A stretch of DNA of 64,000 nt from an uncultured Phycisphaerae bacterium (GCA_963760365.1 CAVXDC010000008.1:83054-147053); one strand, 5' to 3'; shown: positions 53,185 through 64,000, counted from the stretch's first letter. Program-made: numbers and translations. Notes: generated from the sequence alone by a model not told the origin.

Positions 53185-55257
53185 TTAGTCTCTGAATTTC
53201 ACCGGCCCGCTGTCGGTAGGGATTTCGAGGGGCTGGGACTCAGCAACCCTTTCGCTGGCCGGGGCTGAGGAAGACACCGGCTGCGACGTGGGCGCGGAGC
53301 GCCGGAAGAGCATGCAAACCAGGTTTTTCTCCAGCTTACCGTAGGACTGAAGCACCGGCAGATACCCCAGCGGTTTAAGGATTCGCTCATCCACGTCGTA
53401 GCCGAATACCCAGGGGGCGCGGTTGGGGTCTTCGGCCAGCCAGGCGGCCGCGGCGTTATCGAAAGCAATCGAGTCTTGCAGACCGCCCCTTTGGAAGGGC
53501 CACTGGACGGCGGGGATATACCGGCCGAAGTAAAAGACCGTCTTAGCCTGCGGGTCGCCCCAGTGGTACGCGGGCGCGTCGAGCGGGACGGTCCTGGCGG
53601 CTAGGGTGGCAAACCGGGCCAGCGGACGGTTCATATCCCACAGCTCCACCCGGTGGTAGAAGGCGACATAGACCAGGGTGATCGAGGCCAAGAGCACGGC
53701 CAGGCCCGCGTGAAACCGCTGCCGCCACATCAGCCAACCCCCCAGGACCACCGGCAACGACACGGCCGCTGCGACAAGGCCTATATAAATCCAACGACGT
53801 TCGTGCCCCCCGACCAAGTAGCCCACCCCAGCCACCGCCACGCCGATCAGGCCCATCGGAGCGTAACCCGCGCCGATCCAGCGAGCCATCACTGGACTGA
53901 TCCAGGCGTGCTGGAAGAACGCATCCTCGGCCACAAATCCCATCAGCAGACAGAACGCCGGGAGCATCGGCAGCAGGTAGTGTTCCCGCTTGCCGGCCAA
54001 CGCCATGAAGAGGGCCACGAACCCCACGCACCAGGCCAGCAGATACACCAGACCACTGCGATGCTGCTGGAACCGCCGCATCAGCCCCACGGCGCACGCC
54101 CCCGGCAGCAGGGCCAACCAAGGCAGCAAATAGACCGCCAACCCCACCGCATACTTGCTCGGACTGGCCACAACCCACCCGCCTACACCCGCGCCGCGGT
54201 CGGTCACCTCGTGAGCAAAAACCTCGTCCGCCAGTTGAGGAAACAGACGACGCACGTAGAGCATCCACCAGGCAAACATCGCCACGGCCAGCACCAGCCC
54301 CGGCACGGCCGTCGGGCAGCAGGGACAGAATCTGCCGCCACGGCCGGCTGACCAGCAGGTACCCCAATAGCGGCAGACCAAACGCCGCTGCCATCGTGAG
54401 GTAGGAGCCCATCCCATCGTCCATCCCCATCGGCCGCCACCAGTGCAGCATCGGAACAAAGGAAATGCTTACGTGCACGGCCAGACCGACGGCGGTGGCA
54501 ACCAGAAAGATCCGAAGCCATCTCAGGGAAATCGCATCGCCGCGGTCCAGGAAGGACTGCCGCCAGAACAGATAGGCGGCCATCGGCCAGGGGACCAGGA
54601 ACGGCACGAACTGCTTGGCCAGGTTGGCCAGGCCCAGGAGCACCCAGAAGGCGGCCATCCAGGCCAGGTGGCTCCGGCGGCTGCTCGCCTCGATGCCGCA
54701 GTAGAACGCCGCCATCGCGGCGGTGACCAGCAGGCACAGCATCATCTCCGGGCGGGCGTCGCGCCCCCACTTCTGGAAACCGACGCACGTCACCATCAGC
54801 ATGGCCCCCAGCAGCGCCGCACGCTGGCCGAACATCCGCCTGCCCAAGGCCAGCACGATCAGCCCACAAAGCACCGCCGAAATCGCCGAGGGCAGGCGGA
54901 CGGTCGTGTTGTTCACCGCCGGACCCCCGTACCCCGCCGCCCGCTGCGCCCAGGCGCAACGCCCGCGGCGGCCCAGTACGGAAGCGGGGTCTTGTTCAGA
55001 CGGGGCCGGCCGTTCTCCACCGGCACCAGCCAGCGGTTGACCGACGTGGCGGGCGGGATGGTGTAGATCTCGTCGCTGTCCGTCAACCAAAGCGGCGGCT
55101 GGGTCATCGTCCGCACGACCAGCGCGAGTTTGCTCTCATGGTCATCCAGCGTAACCGCCCCCAGCCGCCAGAAGACAATCGCTCCTCCCACCAGGGCCAC
55201 CAGCACGTAATCCATCCAGGCCCTCGAAGACCGCACCGTCGGGGTTGAACGTTCCAT
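53185..55257 (-). pseudogene. GT39/ArnT-PMT-like membrane glycosyltransferase, frame broken twice (about 54950 and about 54313)
   Basis: The N-terminus is in ORF 54913..55257 (KTPLPYWAAAG), the middle in ORF 53543..55090 (TVRLPSAISAVLCGLIVLALGRRMFG...) and the C-terminal 370 aa in ORF 53185..54459. Confidence 0.7.
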
Positions 55258-55359
55258 GTTACAGATCTTTGCCTATGAACAGCCCGATCCCAGGGTGAAT
55301 CGGGTGGATCATACCTTCCGCCGGTCCGCGGGGGTAGAACCTATCGGCCGGGCCGCTCG

Positions 55360-55850
55360 TCATGTCTTGCCCAGGTCGCGCTGACGGCGGAAGAACTCAC
55401 TCAGCATCCGCCCGCATTCCTGGGCCCGGCAGCCGGCAATGACTTCCAGGCGATGGTTGAGGCGCTCGTCCTCGCACAGCCGGTAGAGCGCTGCGGACCG
55501 CCCCGGCCTTGGGATCGTCGGCCCCGTATACCAACCGGTCCAGCCGGGCCAGGACGATCGCCCCGGCGCACATGGCGCAGGGCTCCAGCGTCACCACCAT
55601 CGTGCAGCCGGTCAGCCGCCAGTCTCCCACGGCCGCGGCGGCGGCGCGGATGGCCAGCATCTCGGCGTGGGCGGTGGGGTCGGCGTCGAGATACCGGCGG
55701 TTGTGGGCAGCGGCGATCATCCGCCCGTCGCGAACGATCACCGCCCCGATGGGCACGTCCCCGGCCGCGGCGGCTGCGGCGGCCTGCTCCAAGGCGGACG
55801 CCCATGAACGCCTCATATTCGGCCGCCATCTTGTCCTGAGGAGTCGTCAT
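55360..55850 (-). pseudogene. tadA: tRNA adenosine(34) deaminase TadA, frame broken twice (about 55802 and 55489)
   Basis: HAEMLAIR and PCAMCAGA zinc motifs are in ORF 55397..55816. The N-terminus [16 protein letters not shown] is in ORF 55401..55850. The restored C-terminus is [37 protein letters not shown], with stop at 55360-55362. Confidence 0.8.
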
Positions 55851-56780
55851 GGGGGGCTAAACTCCACGCGGCGGAGAATCTCCTCGGCCACCGCCTCCGG
55901 CGTCATCGTCAGCGGCGAGGTCGAACCATTGCACGTCGGGCCAGCGCCGCTGCCACGTCCGCTGCTTCTTGGCCAGGCGGCGGGTGTTGATCTTGATCCG
56001 CTCGACGGCCTGCTCGCGCGTCATGGTCCCGCGGAGGCAGGCGATCATCTCGGCGTAGCCCACCGCCGCGGCGGCCTGGATGGACAGGCCCGCCGGCTCG
56101 GCCAGCAGCGCGGCCACCTCACGCTCCAGCCCGGCCTCGACCATGCGTTTCACGCGGGCGTTGATCCGCCGGTTCAGGTCCTCCTTGTCCCGCCGCAGGC
56201 CGAGGAACACGCAGTCGTACCGCCGCGAGCCTGAGTCCCACTGCTTCTGAAGGCGCTGATGGCTGATGCCGGTGGTCTTGTGCACCTCCAGCGCCCGGAG
56301 GATCCGCCGCTGGTCGTGGGGATGGATTCGCGCGGCCGCCTCGGCGTCCACGGCCGCCAGCTCCGCGTGCAGGGCGGCCAGGCCCTCGGCGCCCGCCCGG
56401 CGCTTCAGCTCGCTCCGTACGGCCGGATCGGCCGAAGGGCCCTCAAACAGCCCCTCGCTGAGGGCCTTGATGTACAGGCTCGTGCCGCCCACGGCCAGGG
56501 GGACCGCTCCGGTGGCGGCGATGGCCGCGACGGCGGCGTCGGCGGCGGCGACGTACTGGGCGACGGAAAAGCCCTCGCTGGGCTCGACCAGGTCGATGCA
56601 GTGGTGGGGGATTTCGGCGCGGACCTCCGGTGGCGGCTTGGCCGTGCCGATGTCCATCCGCCGATAGACCTTCATCGAATCGACGCTGACGATCTGCCCG
56701 CCGACGCGCCGCGCCAATTCCCGGGCGACGGCGCCTTTGCCGACGGCGGTGCAGCCGAGGATGAAAAAAACCTTCGTCAC
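55847..56780 (-). pseudogene. miaA: tRNA dimethylallyltransferase MiaA, probable frame break about 55907 near the 3' end
   Basis: Intact to residue about 290 (GCTAVGKG P-loop, DSMKVYRRMDIGTAKP). Shifting +1 after GAC 55910-55908 gives MTPEAVAEEILRRVEFSPP. Its TGA (55847-55849) overlaps the tadA ATG as ATGA. As written, the ORF ends at 55857. Confidence 0.8.
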
Positions 56781-56825
56781 GCCCTGATTGTCGCGGGCGA
56801 TTGGCGGGTGTTCAAGGGCGGCGGT

Positions 56826-59800
56826 TCAGACGGGTTGGGGTTCTGAGGAAGCGGATCCCTCCTGCGCCTGGGTCAGCCCGCCCAGGCCCAGCTTGGCGGC
56901 GAGGCGGTAAAGCGAGACGTACAGCGTCGGCACGACCACCAGCGTCAGCAGCGTGGCGAAGGACAGGCCGAAGATCACGGCCACGGCCATCGGCCGCCAC
57001 CACTCGCTGGACTCGCTTCGCATCGCCCAATGGAAGGTGTGGAAGTCGAAGCTCACGCCCACGGCCATGGGCACCAGCCCGATGACCGTCGTGACGGCCG
57101 TCAGGAACACCGGGCGCAGGCGCGTGGCGCCGGCCTCCACGGAGGCCTCGATCAGGTCCAACCCGCGGCGCTGGAGCTTGCGCGTGTAGTCCAGCAGCAC
57201 GATGGCGTTGTTCACCACCACGCCCGCCAGGCTGATGACGCCGATGCCGGTCATGATGATCCCGAACGGCATGTGGCAGACGAGCAGGCCCGCGAACACG
57301 CCGATCAGCGACAGGACCACCGTGGTCATGATGATCAGCGGCACGGTGAGCGTGTTGAACTGGGTCACCAGGATCAGCACGATCAGGAAGCAGCCGATGA
57401 GGAAAGCCTTGGAGAGGAACGCCGAGGCCTTGTCCTGTTCCTCCCTCTTTCCGGCGTAGCGGATCTCGTAGCCCGTGGGCAGGTTCAGCTTGGCCAACCG
57501 GTCCTGGACGTCCTGGAGCACGGCGTTGGGCAGCCGGCCCTCGGCCGCCGCCGGTGATCGTGACCGCGCGCTTCTGGTTGATGCGGTAGATCTGGCCGAA
57601 GCCGCCCGTGTAGTCGAAGTCCCCCAGCAGGCTCAGCGGGACGGCTTGGCCGGCGTTGTTGGGCACGCGGAGGCGGAAGAGGTCCTCGATGCTCGTCCGC
57701 TGCGACAGCGGCAGGCGGACGGTGATGTCGTACTCGTCGTTGAACTGGCGGTAGGTGCCCGACCTTGCTGCCGAACACGGCAGGTCTTCAGGAAGTTGCC
57801 CACGATGGCGGTGTTGACGCCCAGCAGCATGGCCCTGCGCCGGTCGACGCGGAAGGCCAGCTCCGGCCGCGTGGCCTCCAGGTCGCTGCGGAGGTTGACC
57901 AGCCCCGGCGTGCCGGCGATGGTCGATTGGATCCTGTCGCTGAGCTCCTCCAGCACGCGGAAGTCCTCCCCGATGACGCGGATGGTCACGTCCCCGCCGG
58001 TGGGCGGGCCATGCTCCTCTTTCTCGACGCTGATCTCCGCCCCGGGGATGTCCGTCAGGTCCTCGCGGATGTCGGCGATGATCTCGGCCGAGGGACGCGG
58101 GCGGACCTCGTAGTCGGGGAACAGCAGCGTCACGTTGGCCAGGTGCGGGCCGGTGGCGCTGCCCGACAGCGACAATCCCCCCGCCGAACCCACGTTGGCC
58201 ACGACGTTGTCAATCTCCTCGACGCCGCTGGGCCCGTAGCGATACGATTCGGCGCGCTGCTCGATCATGCTGGGTCAGCCGGTCGGTCTGGCGGATGTTC
58301 GTGCCCTGCGGGCAGCGGATGTTGATGACGGCGCGCTCGGGGTCGGACTGGGGAAGAACTCCACCCCGGGGTCCACCAGCCTGTAGGCCAAGGCCACGGC
58401 CACCAGCAGCAGCAAGCCCAGGGCAAGGACGGTCCGGCGGTGGTTCAGCGCGAGCCTCAGGAACCGCCGGTAGCCGGCCAGGAACCAATGCTTCTTGTCG
58501 GCCTTGCCGACCCTGGCCGGGGAGACCATCGCGCAGATCGTCGGGCTGATCACCATGCGCCACGAACAGCGAGCAGATCAGCGTGACGATGACCGTGATC
58601 GGCAGGTACTTCATGAAGTCGCCGATGATGCCCGGCCAGAACAGCATCGGCACGAACGCCGCCACCGTCGTCAGCGTGGAGGTGATGACCGGCCAGGCGA
58701 CCTCGGCGGTGCCCTTCATGGCCGCCTCGATCCGCCCGTAGCCCAGCTGCATGTGCCGGTAGATGTTCTCGACGATGACGATGGCGTTGTCCACCAGCAT
58801 GCCCACGGCCAGGATCAGGCTGAACAGCACGATCATGTTCAGCGTGTAGCCCATCGCCTGGAGGATGGCGAAGCCATCAGCATGCTCAGGGGCATGGCCA
58901 GGGCGACGATCAGCGCTGACCCGCAGGCCCATGAAGACCATCAGCACGACCAGCACGAGGATCAGCGCCGGTGATGATGTTGTTCTCCAGGTCGGCCACC
59001 ATGCGGGCGATGTCCTCGGCTGGTCCAGCGTCAGGTCGAACTTCACGCCTTGCGGCATCATCGTGCGGGCCTCGTCCAGGATGGCCTTGACGCCGCGGGC
59101 GATGTCCATGATGTTCGCGCCCACGCGCTTCTGGACGCTGAGCGTGATGCTGCTCTGCCCGTCCAGCCGCGAGAAGCTCAGGCGGTCCTTGAAGGTGTCG
59201 CGGACCGTGGCCACGTCGGTCAGGTAGATGGGCTTGCCGTCGCGGACGGTCAGCAGCAGGTGGTCCACCTCCTCCGGCTGGGCGAACTCCGCCGGCACGC
59301 GGACGTTGAACTTCGTGCCGGGCGTCTCCAGCCCGCCGGCGGAGATGTTGACGTTCTCGGAGGGGATCAGCTTCATCAGCTCCGGGATCGTCAGCCCGTA
59401 GGCGGCCACGCGGTCCTGGTCGATCTCCAGGCGGATCTCCCGCTCCAGCGCCGCCCAGCACGTCGCACTTCAGCACGCCGGGCACCACCTCGATGGCGTC
59501 CTGCAGGTCGTCGGCGATGGCCTTGAGGCGCACCGGCGAGATAGGTCCCGGAGATGTTGACGAACATGATCGGGAACTCGGCGATGTTGATCTCGCGGAT
59601 CACCGGGTCCTCGGCGTCGGTGGGCAGGTCGGCCTTGGCCTGGTCCACCTTGTCGCGGACGTACTGGAGGGCGTCCTCGATCCGCACGTCGGGGAAGAAC
59701 TCAATGACGAGCAGCGACTCGCCCTCCATGCTGGTGGAGCGGATCTCCTTGACGCCCTTGATGCCGGCGAGCTTCTTCTCGATCTTCATCGTCACCGACG

Positions 59801-59981
59801 ACTCGATGTCCTCCGGGGAGACGCCCTCGTAGGTCGTGGTCACCAGGATGTAGGGGATCGGCACGTCCGGGGCGGCCTCGCGGGGCAGCGTGAGGTAGCT
59901 GTACAGTCCGCCGATGACGATCAGCACCGACAGCACGCCCACCGTGGTGCGATTCTTGATGGCGGTGTCGGAGAGGATCAC
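56826..59981 (-). pseudogene. RND-family efflux permease (AcrB/HAE-like), frame broken at least 12 times
   Basis: The protein can be followed through ORFs 59391..59981, 58910..59533, 58210..59409, 58275..58556, 57633..58268, 57485..57778, 56812..57666 and 56826..57521. Typical RND blocks are present (VGMLVDNAIVIVENI, TTVAAFVPMLF, GVVVNNAIVLLD). Confidence 0.85.
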
Positions 59982-61132
59982 GGGCTCGCCTCGCTTCCGG
60001 CCTGGCTGGTCGCAGCGCTTGGCGAACCTGACTGACGACGCGGACCGCCTGCCCGGGCCCCACGTAGCGCTGGCCGCCGCCGACGATGAGCTGGTCGCCG
60101 GCCGCCAGACCCTCGGTCACCTGGACGCTGCTGCCTCTCATGATCCCCAGCGCCACGGTGCGGCGGACGGCCTTGCCGTCCTGGACGACGTACACCTCCT
60201 TGCCGTCCTCCAGCGGGATCACCGCCTCCAGCGGGATCAGGATGGCGTCGGTCAGCTCCGCCGCTTCAGTCGCACCAGGACGATCTGCCCGCTGCGGAGG
60301 ACCCGTCCGCGGTTGTCCACCGTGATCTCCACGCGCGATGGTCCGCGTGGCCGCGGCGGCCACCTCGCTGATGTAGGTAATCCTGCCGCCCTGCGGCTGG
60401 CCCTGCGGATCGAGGAGGACGTTTTCCTCCGCACCGACCTTCAGGTACGCCACGTCGCGCGAGGGGACGTCCACGACGACCAGGACCGTGTCGATCTCCA
60501 CCAGTTCCGCCACCTCCGTGCCCTTCTGAACGTACTCGCCGACCTCGACCGGGATGCGGTTGATGATGCCGTCGATGGGCGCGACGATGGTGGCGCGGTC
60601 CAGCTCGGCCTTGGCCTGCTCCATGGCCGCCCGGCTGGCGTCGGCCCGGGCGAGGGCCTGGTCCAGCTCGCTGGAGGCCGCCACGTCGCGGCTGTGGAGC
60701 TCACGGACGCGCTCCAGCTCCTCGCGCGTCGAACTCCGCGGTCGCCTTGACCTGATGGTACGCCGCGGCCAACAGGTCCGTGTTGAGAGCAATGATGACC
60801 TGGCCCTGTTTGCAGGGCTGGCCTTCCGCCCCCTCGATCCGCTCCACGCGGCTGGCGATCTCGGCCGAGACGCGGACCACCCGGTTGGGCTCCACGACGC
60901 CCGGCAGGTCAAAGGTCTCCTCCAGGCTCGCGATCGGCGAGATCGTCAACACCTCCACGGGCACCGGCGGGGCGGCCGTCGGGGGCGGCGGCTGGGACCT
61001 GCCCAGGATCACGCCGACCAGCAGGATCAGCACGACCAACGCCAACGGGCCTAGCAACAGCGCAGGTGCCCAGGGCCGCAACCGGGCCCGCAGGCCCTTG
61101 GTCCCCTCACGCTCTGGGTCCATGGAAGTCAT
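59978..61132 (-). pseudogene. RND periplasmic adaptor (membrane fusion protein, HlyD/AcrA family), about 4 frame disruptions
   Basis: Pieces are in ORFs 60701..61132, 59701..60912 and 60252..60434. Barrel-sandwich and coiled-coil motifs are present (IVAPIDGIINRIPVEVGEYV). The restored tail ends with a TGA overlapping the RND GTG start (GTGA at 59978-59981). Confidence 0.75.
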
Positions 61133-61146
61133 GGATACTTACCTCG

Positions 61147-61764
61147 TTAGCACCGACCACCGCCCCTGACCGACAGGGCCGCCAAAATGGCTCGCTTCAA
61201 CGCGGCCAGGAATTCCTCGTCCACGCGGATGCCGACGTCGAGAATCGTCTGCACCTCGATGCCGTCCAGGATCGCCATGATCAGCGACGCGGCCACGGAG
61301 GTCTGAAGCTCCGGGCGAAACTCCCCCGCCTCGATCCCCTGGGCCAGGATGCCCGCCAGCCGCTCCCGCCACTGGGCATAGGTCTTGGCGAAGGTCAGGG
61401 CCAGTTGTCCCTGCTGCTCCCGAGCGGCCGTCGCCCAGAACTCCAGCACCAGACGACCGATCCGCTTGTGAAAGCTCAAACGGCTGAACCAGTAGTCCAG
61501 CAACTTTTCCAGCGTGGCCGTGACCGAGATCGGCTTGGACATGAGGTTCATCGACTCAGCCTGTGCGGAGGTCATGGCGTCGGTGAATATCTGTTGAAAT
61601 AACTCGTGCTTGCTTGGGAAGTAATTGTAAATACTGCCTTTAGAAACACCTGCCTCCTCGGCCACAGCGTCCATGGTCGTGGCGGCATAACCGCTGGCCT
61701 CAAAGACTCTCATCGCGGCCTCGAGAATCTCTTTGCGGCGAGTTGTCCCGTTATCATGAGCCAT
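61147..61764 (-). CDS. TetR/AcrR-family transcriptional repressor
   Basis: N-terminal HTH (RKEILEAAMRVFEASGYAATTMDAVAEEAGVSKGSIYNYFPSKHELF). Intact 205 aa. It is the first gene of the efflux operon. Confidence 0.9.
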   Translation of the reverse strand: MAHDNGTTRRKEILEAAMRVFEASGYAATTMDAVAEEAGVSKGSIYNYFPSKHELFQQIFTDAMTSAQAESMNLMSKPISVTATLEKLLDYWFSRLSFHKRIGRLVLEFWATAAREQQGQLALTFAKTYAQWRERLAGILAQGIEAGEFRPELQTSVAASLIMAILDGIEVQTILDVGIRVDEEFLAALKRAILAALSVRGGGRC

Positions 61765-61899
61765 TTTCAGTACCCTGGACCTGTCGAACGTCGTCTAACT
61801 GGTTACGAACTGCAATACCCTATTATTTCACGGCTTACGTTCATTCTATTCCCTGTAACCTGGCTTGATTCTGACATCGCCTTCGCACACAAAGGTCTG

Positions 61900-61919
61900 A
61901 TGACTGACCGGTCAGTCAT
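61900..61919. promoter_or_regulatory. Perfect 20-bp palindrome, likely TetR operator
   Basis: ATGACTGACCGGTCAGTCAT equals its own reverse complement. It lies immediately downstream of the predicted -10 box of the tetR-MFP-RND promoter. Confidence 0.6.
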
Positions 61920-61924
61920 TTATA

Positions 61925-61953
61925 AGTATAGGTTACGGTCAATACCTGTTCAA
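61925..61953 (-). promoter_or_regulatory. Sigma70-type promoter of the tetR-MFP-RND operon
   Basis: On the minus strand: TTGAAC (61953-61948), 17-nt spacer, TATACT (61930-61925). Confidence 0.55.
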
Positions 61954-62059
61954 GCCAAATCGAAGGAAAAACCGTCCATTTTCGTTCGGACCGTTTCCGT
62001 CATCAGCTCCCAAGGTCCGGGCGATTGCCATTCTTGCTATCGGCTGGTATGAAACAGGC

Positions 62060-63403
62060 ATGGGATTGCCCGTGGTAGCCATCGTGGGCCGGCCTAACGT
62101 CGGCAAGAGCAGCCTGCTGAACTGTCTGGTGGGTAGGCGGATTTCCATCGTGGACCCCACCGCCGGGGTGACGCGGGACAGGGTCTCTGCGCCCCTGCCG
62201 GTGGGCGACGGCTACGTGGAGCTGGTGGACACCGGAGGCATCGGCATCGTCGACACCGACCACTTGGCCGAGCAGGTGGAGCACCAGATCGACTATGCCC
62301 TGGCCTCGGCGGCGCTGATCCTGTTCGTGGTCGACGCCCGCGAGGGTCGCACGGCGCTGGACGCCGCCGCCGCCCGCCGCTTGCGGAAGCAGGATAAACC
62401 CGTGCTCCTGGTGGCCAACAAGGTGGACCAGGCGGCGATGGAACCGGCGATCGAGGAATTCCAGACCCTGGGGTTCGGGCGGGCGCTGGCGGTCTCGGCC
62501 AAGCATTCCCGGGGTCTGCGCGATCTGCTGGAGGCCGTGGCCGCGGGGCTGGGGCCGGCGCTGACGAAAGCCCCCCCGCCCCAGGCGGTGATGAAACTGG
62601 CCGTCGTCGGCAAGCGCAACGCCGGCAAGAGCACGTTTGTCAACACCGTGGCCGGGCAGCCCCGCGTGATCGTCGCCAAGACCCCCGGCACCACCCGCGA
62701 CAGCATCGACGTGACGGTCGAGCTGGACGGGCGGTGCTTCGTCCTCATCGACACCGCCGGCCTCCGCAAGCGCAAAAGCCTTTCCGGCGACATCGAGTTC
62801 TACAGCCTGCACCGCGCGATGCGCTCCATCCGCCGGGCGGACGTGGTGGCGCTGATGATCGACGCGTCGGAAAAAATCTCCCAAGTCGATAAGGACCTGG
62901 CCGGGGACATCGCCGGACAGTTCAAGCCCGTCGTGCTGGTGGTCAACAAGTGGGACCTGGCCTCCGGCCGGGCCGAGGCCCAGGACTACCAGGACTACCT
63001 GACCAAGGTGTTCCCCGAATTGTCGTTCGCCCCCATCAGCCTGGTCTCGTCCACACAAAACCTCAACGTCCGCCAGACGGTCCGCCTGGCCGAGGAGCTG
63101 TTTGGCCAGTCCCGCACGCGCGTGCCGACGGGGAGGCTCAACAAGACCATCGAGGAGATCGTCGCGCTCCGCGGTCCCAGCCACAAGGCCGGGACCAAAC
63201 CGCCGCGGATCCTGTACGCCTCGCAGATCGCCGTCGCCCCTCCGACGATCCTCTGCTTCGTCAACGACGTCCGCAGCTTCGACGCCGGCTACCAGCGCTT
63301 CATGGTCAATCAGCTCCACCAGCGCCTGGACATCACCGAGGTTCCCATCCGTTTGCTGTTCCGCCAGCGCCGAAGCAAAAGGTCATCTCCCCCGCGCGGA
63401 TGA
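62060..63403 (+). CDS. der: Ribosome-associated GTPase Der (EngA)
   Basis: Two tandem GTPase domains (GRPNVGKSSL, DTGG; GKRNAGKSTF, DTAG, NKWD) plus a KH-like C-terminal domain. Intact 447 aa. Confidence 0.95.
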   Translation: MGLPVVAIVGRPNVGKSSLLNCLVGRRISIVDPTAGVTRDRVSAPLPVGDGYVELVDTGGIGIVDTDHLAEQVEHQIDYALASAALILFVVDAREGRTALDAAAARRLRKQDKPVLLVANKVDQAAMEPAIEEFQTLGFGRALAVSAKHSRGLRDLLEAVAAGLGPALTKAPPPQAVMKLAVVGKRNAGKSTFVNTVAGQPRVIVAKTPGTTRDSIDVTVELDGRCFVLIDTAGLRKRKSLSGDIEFYSLHRAMRSIRRADVVALMIDASEKISQVDKDLAGDIAGQFKPVVLVVNKWDLASGRAEAQDYQDYLTKVFPELSFAPISLVSSTQNLNVRQTVRLAEELFGQSRTRVPTGRLNKTIEEIVALRGPSHKAGTKPPRILYASQIAVAPPTILCFVNDVRSFDAGYQRFMVNQLHQRLDITEVPIRLLFRQRRSKRSSPPRG

Positions 63404-63426
63404 GCCGCTTTGGCCTTCCCCTGCGC

Positions 63427-63459
63427 AAAAAAGGACCCCGACTCCTGGAGAGTTCGGGG
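63427..63459 (-). terminator. Rho-independent terminator after the OmpA/MotB-like gene
   Basis: On the minus strand, a hairpin (63436-63459, about 9 bp with one bulge) is followed by TCC then TTTTTT (complement of 63427-63432). It lies about 30 nt after the stop at 63492. Confidence 0.6.
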
Positions 63460-63491
63460 CCCGGTGCATCTTTAGCCCAATGCAGGTAACT

Positions 63492-64000
63492 CTAGCCGCC
63501 CGTTCCCGGCAGGGTCAGGAAGCGGTCGGGCGGGACGATCCAGATTTCCACGCGGCGGTTGACGGCGTTGCCCTTCTTGCCCGCGGCGTTGGGCGCGATC
63601 GGATGGTACTCCCCGAAGCCCATCGCGCCGATCCGCTCAGGGGCCATGCCGCCGGCGGTCATCTCCTTCTCCACGGCCACCGCGCGGTGCACCGACAGAT
63701 ACCAATTGTCCGGGTGCATGCGGCGGGTCTCGGGCTTGAGGATCGGGATGTCGTCGGTGTGGCCGGCCACGTAGACGTTATAGGTGGCGGCGGTCGCCCC
63801 GTTCATGATCTGGACGAACTTGGCCAAGGCGTCTTTGGCGTTGGCGGCCACCTGGTCGCTGCCCTTGGCAAACGTCAGGTCGCTCTTGAGCTTCACCATG
63901 CCGTACCTGGGCAGGTATTCCATGATGTCCGGGTTGGCGGCGGCCAGGTCGCGGAGCTGCTTGTCCAGCTCGGCCGGCAGGACGATCTCGGGCAGCGGCG
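63492..64000 (-). CDS. OmpA/MotB-type peptidoglycan-binding domain protein, 5' end beyond window
   Basis: The C-terminal OmpA_C-like domain is present (VAGHTDDIPI...N..LS..RA..V........GMA.ERI.A.GFGE..P......GK..N.RVEI). The frame stays open to base 64000. Confidence 0.8.
   Translation of the reverse strand, partial: PLPEIVLPAELDKQLRDLAAANPDIMEYLPRYGMVKLKSDLTFAKGSDQVAANAKDALAKFVQIMNGATAATYNVYVAGHTDDIPILKPETRRMHPDNWYLSVHRAVAVEKEMTAGGMAPERIGAMGFGEYHPIAPNAAGKKGNAVNRRVEIWIVPPDRFLTLPGTGG

Overview
High-GC (roughly two-thirds G+C by eye) bacterial chromosomal segment with almost entirely housekeeping content. I see no rRNA, CRISPR array, transposase, integrase or prophage genes. Gene content suggests a Gram-negative anaerobe-type, possibly PVC/Planctomycetota-like organism (low-confidence inference). 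This rests on LptE/BamD-like proteins, WaaA plus a GT9 heptosyltransferase, three GT-C/GT39 membrane glycosyltransferases, a PEP-CTERM protease, an H+-pyrophosphatase and a nifJ-type PFOR. Recognisable genes include cdaA-cdaR, proA, aspS, an ECF sigma/anti-sigma pair, recO, clpB, coaD, pilT, argS, rsfS, hppA and rpsU. Further along are pgeF, murI, a PLP decarboxylase plus deoxyhypusine-synthase-like pair, gatB, tRNA-Gln(CUG), proB, waaA, cspA, mnmA, tadA, miaA, a tetR-MFP-RND efflux operon and der. Three things stand out. (1) About 65 single-base indels break about 20 genes, including PFOR about 27 times and the RND pump at least 12 times. They fall in blocks, while equally long neighbours (clpB, hppA, argS, aspS, gatB, der) are intact. 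This looks more like uncorrected consensus error than biological decay, but only reads can settle it. (2) There are six sharply AT-richer patches. Two are intergenic islets, each carrying one orphan membrane-anchored ORF. Four lie in frame inside conserved genes (argS, gatB, yqaA, tetR). (3) Several cis-elements are readable directly: a perfect 20-bp palindrome overlapping a good sigma70-type promoter upstream of tetR, a long stem-loop leader that occludes the aspS ribosome-binding region, a long structured cspA leader, and a roughly 450-nt unassigned minus-strand region closed by a strong terminator downstream of clpB. I did not find a convincing novel multi-gene system.
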